Assembly: GCA_964535085.1 (NCBI GenBank)
Contig: CAZHSE010000001.1
Coordinates: 230,956-294,955, forward strand
Reading direction: 5' to 3'
Source of the DNA: an uncultured Bacteroides sp.
Lineage (GTDB): Bacteria; Bacillota; Clostridia; Oscillospirales; Acutalibacteraceae
DNA length: 64,000 nucleotides
Shown: one piece after another, positions 38,059-44,952 of the stretch
Layout: every line of letters begins with the position of its first letter
How positions within the stretch are numbered: position 1 is the stretch's first letter
Translations under genes and position numbers: made by a program
Notes under the pieces: model-generated
Seen by the model: only the letters and a program-made list of their open reading frames with translations
Database searches by the model: none
What the model was told of the DNA's origin: nothing

Positions 38059-39018
38059 ATGTTTTCGCCCAGAGAGAGCTTAAGAAAAAGATTAGATGAT
38101 TTAAATGAAAAAATCAGCGACAGTCTTGATTTTGATTTCAGTGCTGTAAGCAGAAATATCAATACTCTTGATGAATTTAACAATGAGATTTATTATAAGT
38201 TTTTAAGCGGAAGAAAGATTTATTTCAGGGGAGAAAGGACGAACAGCCGTTCGAGGCATCTTCTTCCCACAATGCTCAGAAATTCCGATATTCTTTTTTC
38301 AAATAACGACCTGGGAATTGTACACATTGATGCTGAATATATTTTCAGATTCTATTCTTCACTTGGCAGTTTTGTTGATGTGTTTCATAATACAATGGGC
38401 ATGGCTGACAGTGAACATCTTTATGATATCTGCGCTTTTGCGCAGCATTACTGCCATTTTTCGCCGCTTATTGATTTTTCAAAAAGTATATATCCTGCGC
38501 TTTCATTTGCTCTTAAAGACAGAAAAGAATATGACGAAGATATAGTTTTATATGTAGTTGAGCTCAAGGACGATAAGGATTATACTACCGATATAAACGT
38601 CGCTAATAGGTGGCTCAGTGAACTTGACGTTTATGCAAGCTGTTTTGATGAAGAAAATATAAGGACTGCCGTTAGAGAAATGCTCGAAAGCAGAAAAGTA
38701 CCTCAGGGTGATGAATTTAAAATTCACCTTGACCGTATGAGCTCAAGACCTGTTCCTACTGCAAAGCTCATTGATGTTCCGACAAATACACGTATGCGTT
38801 TTCAGCAGGGTGTCTTTCTGATGCTCAATAATTTTCAGCTTTTTAATGTCTCGTATTTTACTAAAAATATCCGTGACCATTTTTATATTACCAAGTATGT
38901 AATCAGCAAGGATATTTGTATCTCACTTCTTGATTTAATTGAGAAAGAAGCCCCGTGGTATTCTTATAAATATTTGACAGACGTTGAATCTGCATTTAAA
39001 ATAGCTATTGAAAGTTAA
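38059..39018 (+). CDS. FRG domain-containing protein
   Basis: YFRGE, AQHY...PLIDFS...ALSFA and RMRFQQGVF motifs. Confidence 0.8.
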   Translation: MFSPRESLRKRLDDLNEKISDSLDFDFSAVSRNINTLDEFNNEIYYKFLSGRKIYFRGERTNSRSRHLLPTMLRNSDILFSNNDLGIVHIDAEYIFRFYSSLGSFVDVFHNTMGMADSEHLYDICAFAQHYCHFSPLIDFSKSIYPALSFALKDRKEYDEDIVLYVVELKDDKDYTTDINVANRWLSELDVYASCFDEENIRTAVREMLESRKVPQGDEFKIHLDRMSSRPVPTAKLIDVPTNTRMRFQQGVFLMLNNFQLFNVSYFTKNIRDHFYITKYVISKDICISLLDLIEKEAPWYSYKYLTDVESAFKIAIES

Positions 39019-39021
39019 TAT

Positions 39022-39064
39022 AAAAAAGGCGTTGATCTTACAGAATAAGACCGATGCCTTTTTT
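39022..39064. terminator. Bidirectional terminator at left edge of cassette 2
   Basis: aaaaaaggcgttgatctta-cagaa-taagaccgatgcctttttt. Confidence 0.7.
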
Positions 39065-39188
39065 CGTTTTAAAATGCTTTTTTATTTAAAGTGTTTTGAT
39101 ATGCTTCATAGTAATTTCTCTTATCTAAAAATAAAGTAAACCTTATAAGGACGAAAACGGCGTTACAAGATATGCTGCTTATTAAACA

Positions 39189-39839
39189 CTATTGCAGATG
39201 ATTTTCTGTTTGTGAGATTATCTTCCCTTCAGAAATTTCAATAATTTCATCGCAGAGTAGAGAAAGATCCTCCTTGTTATGACTGGCGATTATAATAAGA
39301 GTGCCGTTATCTTTTGCATTAAGCAAAAGCTTGTGCACATCGGCAATGGTTTTTTCATCCAATGCATTTGTCGGTTCATCTAAAAGCATAAGCTTCGGAT
39401 TTTCCATTATTGCCTGCGCAATATTCAGCTTTTGTTTCATTCCGAGAGAATATGTTTTTACTTTCTTTTTGTCATTTGGATCAAGCCCGACAGAAATCAA
39501 AGTCTGCTTTATATCAGAGTCGTCTGTTTTTTTATTGATTTTTGCAAGCATTTTTAAATTATCAAAACCGCTGTATTCGGAAAGTAATGTCATATTCTCT
39601 ATTATTATTCCGACGCTTTCCGGAAATTCAATATCTTTTCCGACTGTTTTAGAGTCTATACAAACCTCTCCGTCTGTCGGCAAAATCAAGCCGCATATTG
39701 CTCTGAGAAGCATTGTTTTACCACTGCCGTTTCTTCCGTGAAGACCGTATATTTTCCCACTTTCAAATTCTAAATTTATATTATCAAGTATTCTCTTTTT
39801 TTTGATTTCTTTGCAATATGATTTTACTTCTATTTTCAT
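39189..39839 (-). CDS. ABC transporter ATP-binding protein
   Basis: GRNGSGKT, YSLGMKQK and LLDEPTN motifs. Confidence 0.92.
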   Translation of the reverse strand: MKIEVKSYCKEIKKKRILDNINLEFESGKIYGLHGRNGSGKTMLLRAICGLILPTDGEVCIDSKTVGKDIEFPESVGIIIENMTLLSEYSGFDNLKMLAKINKKTDDSDIKQTLISVGLDPNDKKKVKTYSLGMKQKLNIAQAIMENPKLMLLDEPTNALDEKTIADVHKLLLNAKDNGTLIIIASHNKEDLSLLCDEIIEISEGKIISQTENHLQ

Positions 39840-39842
39840 TTT

Positions 39843-40556
39843 TTACTCCTTTTGTAATATATCTTTTTTATGTATAAATACGAATGATAGAATAATCAGT
39901 ATTATATCTATCAAAAAAATAACAATTAACGGAATAAATATGTTTTTGCTTATTATTTCAGTTCTTGTGAAGCTTAAATAATTAATGAGATTAAATTTCA
40001 AAAAGTACATCATCAATTTTGAATCAGCTGTACCGTCAAGGTATTTTGCATATGCAAAGCTGCCTAGTATATTAAAAACAATATAGGATAAAGAAATTAT
40101 CAGAAAAGCAAAATTTTTTGTTAAATGCAACTCAATATTAAATTGAAACAGCATTAAACAGAATGACACAATAATTCCGTAAAGCAAATATATATATGTT
40201 TTTTTAAAATCAACGCTGCTGTAAAATATAAAATTAAAAAGAGATATAATTGCTGTTTGGACACTGTTGTACAGTATCGTTATTACAGCTGTTTTAATGA
40301 TTTCAATTTTCATTGCAGCACTTCTGGATTTTAAACGGGTTAACCTTACAATATTTTCATTATTATATAGGCAGCCGCTTCGTGCGTTTGTTAACAGTGA
40401 CAGAGTTACAAAGCTGACGGAAGAGAAAATAAGCGAGAGTATTTCAAAATTCATCGGCATACCGTAATATTGCTCGTCTAAACCGCTGTGAGCCTGCATT
40501 ACAGAGCATAAAAAAACAATGAATGCAGCAATAACAGATAATATCTTATTTTTCAT
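39843..40556 (-). CDS. Multi-pass membrane protein (putative ABC permease or immunity subunit)
   Basis: About 6 hydrophobic segments; coupled to neighbours; AT-rich. Confidence 0.7.
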   Translation of the reverse strand: MKNKILSVIAAFIVFLCSVMQAHSGLDEQYYGMPMNFEILSLIFSSVSFVTLSLLTNARSGCLYNNENIVRLTRLKSRSAAMKIEIIKTAVITILYNSVQTAIISLFNFIFYSSVDFKKTYIYLLYGIIVSFCLMLFQFNIELHLTKNFAFLIISLSYIVFNILGSFAYAKYLDGTADSKLMMYFLKFNLINYLSFTRTEIISKNIFIPLIVIFLIDIILIILSFVFIHKKDILQKE

Positions 40557-41262
40557 TTGTAATTATATCCTTTTTAATAAACAGGATTTTGGACAGAGTT
40601 ACTGCTATAAGTATTAGAATAACGCTCATTGCAGAGTTTATCAAATACGTGGGTGCATTGAATGATCCCGAATAGAGCCATTCATCCAAAAACATAGTGT
40701 AAAGCGCAGGTGTGATTCTTATATTCCAGTATTCCATTGCGGAAAGAACAACGAACAGCGCTGTCGAAATAATTATATATGTTTTTTTAAAACTGCAAAT
40801 TATTCCAATCAGCATTGTATATGTTCCTAAAATTAAAAAATACAGGAAAAGTATAAACACATATAACAGGGAAGCGATAAAAAAATTATGTTCTTTCATT
40901 AAACCGAAATCAACAAAAAGCAAAGCTAATATTATATTGCTTCCCCAAAATTCGGCAGCAGTAAGTAATGAATCAAGAGTAATGCCTATTATTCTCCTGT
41001 TAAGATATTTTATTTTTCCAAGCCTTGTGAGCCTATATACATCCATATTACCGAATAAAGAATAATGACCGATGATAAAAAACGCAGTGTATACAATTCC
41101 AATTAAAAGTATTGCGTTATTGAATCCAAAGGATGGTGCCATAATGTCACAAAACAGTTCATTATCATTTATTTTTTCGTTAAAGGAAATGTATTGGCCG
41201 TTAAATATAAACCACATAACAATAAAAAAGGCAGTTCTTGATAAATTATATTTAAATTGCAT
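40546..41262 (-). CDS. Multi-pass membrane protein (putative ABC permease subunit)
   Basis: About 6 hydrophobic segments; overlaps both neighbours. Confidence 0.7.
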   Translation of the reverse strand: MQFKYNLSRTAFFIVMWFIFNGQYISFNEKINDNELFCDIMAPSFGFNNAILLIGIVYTAFFIIGHYSLFGNMDVYRLTRLGKIKYLNRRIIGITLDSLLTAAEFWGSNIILALLFVDFGLMKEHNFFIASLLYVFILFLYFLILGTYTMLIGIICSFKKTYIIISTALFVVLSAMEYWNIRITPALYTMFLDEWLYSGSFNAPTYLINSAMSVILILIAVTLSKILFIKKDIITNEK

Positions 41263-42037
41263 CTTTTTTCCTCACAAATTTTATGTATGCTCCTATGAGG
41301 GCTGCAGACATAACGGCAAAAACCTCTAAAAAAGCGATTGTTCCGTAGAAATAATCGTATTCTGTAAACGGCTGAATAATCATAGAAATGTCATATTTTG
41401 TTGAATATAATGCCATCCATACCGCAAACGTTAAAATGGACGCAATCTTATTATTGTTAAATATAAAACAGACGCTTTGACAAAAAATTCCGCAAACGCC
41501 CGCTAATGCAAGCGCGCCGAAGAAATACATAAAATATGCAATATAAGGGTGATTTATTGAATAAGCCAAAAATGGTCCGCTGACATGCCCTGTGAGATGT
41601 GCTTGCGCAATATATTCTAATCCGCCAAAACCGCTTTTGCCGTGGTTTATAATACAGGATAAAAGGAAATCTCCCATAAGCGGAGCAGCTGTAACAGCAA
41701 TGCTGAAAACAAACGAGCACAAAATTTTTTTGTAAAAATATTTTTTTCTGCTCATTTTTACAAGATAAATGTTCAAAGCTCCCGTCTTTCTTTCTATGAC
41801 ATATTTATCGGCATAAAGCAGTATGAGAAGCAGCGGTAAAAGCCAGAATATCATTACAAACGGAATATATATATCTTTTAAATCTGCCAGCAGTGTTGAC
41901 CCCATTGGGTGAATTGAACTGCTTTTTGACATATTAATGTCAGTAATATTTTTTACGATTACTGCAATCCAAAAATAGAGCATAATAAATACTGATTTTT
42001 TGGATTTGATTAATTTGGTAAATTCCTGATTTATCAT
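41252..42037 (-). CDS. Multi-pass membrane protein (ABC-2-like permease, DUF2705-like)
   Basis: Start at ATG 42037 after GAGGT; D..V.ER..G...IYL...SRKKY..KK pattern typical of these permeases. Confidence 0.7.
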   Translation of the reverse strand: MINQEFTKLIKSKKSVFIMLYFWIAVIVKNITDINMSKSSSIHPMGSTLLADLKDIYIPFVMIFWLLPLLLILLYADKYVIERKTGALNIYLVKMSRKKYFYKKILCSFVFSIAVTAAPLMGDFLLSCIINHGKSGFGGLEYIAQAHLTGHVSGPFLAYSINHPYIAYFMYFFGALALAGVCGIFCQSVCFIFNNNKIASILTFAVWMALYSTKYDISMIIQPFTEYDYFYGTIAFLEVFAVMSAALIGAYIKFVRKKDAI

Positions 42038-42050
42038 ATCGACCTCATAA

Positions 42051-42086
42051 TATCTGTACAGATAATTTGATTTTATCTGTACAGAT
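42051..42086. repeat. Two copies of palindrome atctgtacagat, 23 bp apart
   Basis: 42052-42063 (extends to 14 bp, 42051-42064) and 42075-42086. Confidence 0.85.
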
Positions 42087-42120
42087 TTTTGTTTTAATTT
42101 ATAATGTGATTGGTATCGTA

Positions 42121-42621
42121 TTAATATGACTGAGTTTTCCACTCTCCCTGAATACGATAACTTTTGTCTGTTTTATTATTATTTTTTGCAGCAATCCATA
42201 CATTACCCGGGCTGGCGGATTGATATGCGTCAAAGCTTACCCAGCCGGTTCCCTGTGCAACCGGAAACCTTTGAGATCCCCATGTAGTTTCATCAAGAGC
42301 GAGTGCAAATTTCGCTATTGAACCTTTGCCTTCTTCAGACTCGTTCAAACAAACCCTCCATTGATTTGAAGTATTATCTGTAGAACGTCTTCTTTTACTT
42401 TCATTATTATGTCCGGTAACGCAATTTGCTTTAAGATAAAAGTCAAAACTGTAATTTTGCACTGCTGCAGATGACATAATAGGTATTGTAAGCGAAAACA
42501 TTAAAACAAAAGCAATCAGTAATGTTGTCAGTTTTCTTCTATACATGTTTAAAGATTTATTTTTATTCTTCATAGTTATAATTTGTATGATATAGTAGAT
42601 AACTAAATCATACCCTTTCAT
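42121..42621 (-). CDS. Small secreted protein, DUF2712-like
   Basis: Signal peptide; R.R.T....N.W.V.L..SEEGKG, V.QG, KNNN and Y.I.GEW pattern recalled for DUF2712; exact start uncertain. Confidence 0.65.
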   Translation of the reverse strand: MKGYDLVIYYIIQIITMKNKNKSLNMYRRKLTTLLIAFVLMFSLTIPIMSSAAVQNYSFDFYLKANCVTGHNNESKRRRSTDNTSNQWRVCLNESEEGKGSIAKFALALDETTWGSQRFPVAQGTGWVSFDAYQSASPGNVWIAAKNNNKTDKSYRIQGEWKTQSY

Positions 42622-42652
42622 AATATTTGTGCTTGTTTCACATTATTGCAAA

Positions 42653-42699
42653 AACATATCAAAGAGAAATAAGCGCAACGAATGAAGCTTTGATATGTT
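42653..42699 (-). terminator. Hairpin (12-bp perfect stem, 23-nt loop) in the leader of the DUF2712-like gene
   Basis: aacatatcaaag 42653-64 / ctttgatatgtt 42688-99; short U run on minus strand. Confidence 0.5.
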
Positions 42700-42720
42700 A
42701 ATTATGTTAAAAAGAAAAAA

Positions 42721-42742
42721 TCAAAACACCGGAAACACCTCT
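42721..42742 (-). other. SD + (f)Met-Phe-stop mini-ORF in leader, second copy
   Basis: AGAGGTG-tttccg-GTG TTT TGA. Confidence 0.5.
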
Positions 42743-42848
42743 TATCATAAATTTTAATAAAGCTTTATTAAGAGAAAATATTTTCTCATATTTATAGTGT
42801 CATTTTTTTGAGAAATGTGAATATATTTTTTAAATTAGTTAAAAATTT

Positions 42849-43253
42849 TTAATATTTATAAACAGTTTCTACTTCTGAGCCTGCGGTGAAGGTAACTTTT
42901 AATCTGTAGTTACATAAAATATTGATATTCCGTGACTCTGTCATAGCCAAAAGTGTGTCTGTCTTGCTGTCTGTCCATGTTGCAACAGTTTCATAACCTG
43001 TTGACTTTTCCTTTTGCAGTTCCATTTTTATTTTAAGATTTACAGAACTTTTTGATTGAAGAACAGCTGAACAACTTGCCTTTATTCCTGAAATGTTTAA
43101 ACTTACTGAACAGTTAAGAATATTTACATAACAGGGAACTATTTCATCATCATTTTTAACGTCAGCATTTGAAATTAATGTACTGCTGAAAATCATTAGA
43201 AATGATAAAAGGATGGAACAGATTTGCTTTAATCTTATATTTTTCTTTGTCAT
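42849..43253 (-). CDS. Small secreted protein (134 aa)
   Basis: GAGGAGGTG SD; signal peptide; IVPCY and ELQK....Y..V.TW pattern of proteins that accompany clostridial ECF/anti-sigma pairs. Confidence 0.8.
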   Translation of the reverse strand: MTKKNIRLKQICSILLSFLMIFSSTLISNADVKNDDEIVPCYVNILNCSVSLNISGIKASCSAVLQSKSSVNLKIKMELQKEKSTGYETVATWTDSKTDTLLAMTESRNINILCNYRLKVTFTAGSEVETVYKY

Positions 43254-43281
43254 TGTTACACCTCCTCTCTATTAATCTCTC

Positions 43282-43318
43282 ATATACTTAATCCCTAAAA
43301 ATTGCCGTTTTGTGAAAA
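43282..43318 (-). promoter_or_regulatory. Putative ECF-sigma promoter, copy A
   Basis: ttttcacaaaacggcaatttttagggattaagtatat; 30/37 identical to copy B. Confidence 0.6.
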
Positions 43319-43360
43319 AATTTTTTAAAAATTCAAAAATTTGGATTATTCTACAAATAT

Positions 43361-43993
43361 CTACCCGATATTTTGTGCAATATTAACAAGCTCTTTTTTG
43401 CTGATATTTCCGTTTATTATGAAAGTGTATTCTCCGTTGTTAAATATTACTCCATTAATTTCATTGTCTGAAGTATAATAAACAACATTCATACCATTAA
43501 TTTTTATTTCATTGCTGTTGTATTTTTCACTATCAAAATTTATACTTGTATTTACAATATATTTTTCAACATAAAAATATTTATCGGAATTTCTATAATT
43601 TTGGATATATATGTCATTTGAAGCATATTCTTTAACTTTTTCAAATCCTGTTGGAATATAATTCAACTTCAAAAATTTCACATTTTCAGTATCATCTGTA
43701 TCAACAACACTGTATTCCGAATGATTTGAAAACCTTTCAACAATGAATTTCCTGCTTGAAGGAACTGCAAATGCTGTTATCGTCAGTGAAAGCAGAATTG
43801 CGGCTATCAATATGAATTTAACAGTCTTCTTTGATAGCTTGTGCTCATTTTCCTTTAACTCCTTTTTGAAAATTTCTTCAATTTTTTCAGTATGCTTTTT
43901 ACTGAATTTATGCTTTGGTATTTCAGCGGGAAAGGAGTCAATCCATTTTTCGCAGGAGAGGGCACATGCCTCTTCAAAATTACCCATATTCAA
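43361..43993 (-). CDS. Putative anti-sigma factor, DUF4367-type
   Basis: HKFSKKH..KI N-terminus, single TM, extracellular LNYIP.GF / FDSE / I.GNISK.EL..IA; overlaps the sigma stop. Confidence 0.8.
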   Translation of the reverse strand: MNMGNFEEACALSCEKWIDSFPAEIPKHKFSKKHTEKIEEIFKKELKENEHKLSKKTVKFILIAAILLSLTITAFAVPSSRKFIVERFSNHSEYSVVDTDDTENVKFLKLNYIPTGFEKVKEYASNDIYIQNYRNSDKYFYVEKYIVNTSINFDSEKYNSNEIKINGMNVVYYTSDNEINGVIFNNGEYTFIINGNISKKELVNIAQNIG

Positions 43994-44508
43994 TTACCTT
44001 CTTCAAAATATTTTTTCATCTTTTCTTTGGCTAACTGTATTTTCTTGCGAACATAGGAATCTTTAATTTTGTATATTTCCGCTATTTCTCTGCTCTTATA
44101 TCCGTAAATATATTTGAGGTATAAAAAAACTTTGCTTTTCTCATCTAATACTTCATCAAAAGCAGATAATAATTCCACTTTTTCAAAATTTTCAAAATAC
44201 TCTAAATCATTATCATCTTCAAACATAACTGTGCTTATTTTCAAAGATTCATTATACATATCAACAGCAAATCCCGTAACAATAGTTGATAAGAATGATT
44301 TTGTATCTTTTGAATCGATATAACTGATTTGATTAAAATGCTTTGCAATGTAAAGAAAAGTCTCCTGTACACATTCCTCCGCATCATCTGTATTATTTGT
44401 CTTATTAAGAGCTATCCAGTATAACAAATCTTTATAAGTATCGTATAGCTCAATGAATCTGTCTTTTTCCGTCTGGGAGTCAAGCAGATTAAAAAAAAGT
44501 CCTGTCAT
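43990..44508 (-). CDS. ECF RNA polymerase sigma factor
   Basis: Region 2 DAEECVQETFL; region 4 YGYKSREIAEI; 172 aa. Confidence 0.9.
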   Translation of the reverse strand: MTGLFFNLLDSQTEKDRFIELYDTYKDLLYWIALNKTNNTDDAEECVQETFLYIAKHFNQISYIDSKDTKSFLSTIVTGFAVDMYNESLKISTVMFEDDNDLEYFENFEKVELLSAFDEVLDEKSKVFLYLKYIYGYKSREIAEIYKIKDSYVRKKIQLAKEKMKKYFEEGN

Positions 44509-44545
44509 ATATACTATATCCCTAAAAATTTTGTTTTTTTGAAAA
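44509..44545 (-). promoter_or_regulatory. Putative ECF-sigma promoter, copy B (autoregulatory, abuts the start codon)
   Basis: ttttcaaaaaaacaaaatttttagggatatagtatat immediately before ATG 44508. Confidence 0.6.
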
Positions 44546-44657
44546 CATCTTTATGAGAAATTTTAGAACATAAAAAATAAATTTTGTCAAGACGTTTTGC
44601 AAAAACGCACAAAATAATGACAAAAAAACAATACTTACTGTTTTTTTTACGCATAAG

Positions 44658-44693
44658 CAAAAATGAGGCAGGATAATCCCTACCTCATTTTTG
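44658..44693 (-). terminator. Terminator after copZ
   Basis: caaaaatgaggcagg-ataatc-cctacctcatttttg; related to the 581/880 hairpin. Confidence 0.75.
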
Positions 44694-44736
44694 TGTTAAT
44701 CTCTTTATAAGAATTTTTAACCGAAAATTTTTACGC

Positions 44737-44952
44737 TTATTTTTCGAAAATTTCCGTGGCAGAAAAGCCGGCATTTTCAATAGCTTTTGAAATTACTTCG
44801 TTGCTTACGTCATCTGAAAGTTTAACAACGGCTGTTTTCTTCTTTAAATCAACCTTTGCTGATTTTACACCGTCTAAACCTTCAATCGCAGTCTTTACGG
44901 CGTTGACGCAGTGATCACATGCCATTCCTTCAACTATAATAATTTTCTTCAT
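44737..44952 (-). CDS. copZ: Copper chaperone (HMA domain)
   Basis: EGMACDHC motif; 71 aa; TAATG overlap with copA. Confidence 0.9.
   Translation of the reverse strand: MKKIIIVEGMACDHCVNAVKTAIEGLDGVKSAKVDLKKKTAVVKLSDDVSNEVISKAIENAGFSATEIFEK

Noticed and set aside
42038-42142. 35-aa N-terminal extension of the 41252 permease ORF
   Set aside because: Overlaps the upstream gene and the palindromic intergenic region; ATG 42037 has a proper GAGGT SD.
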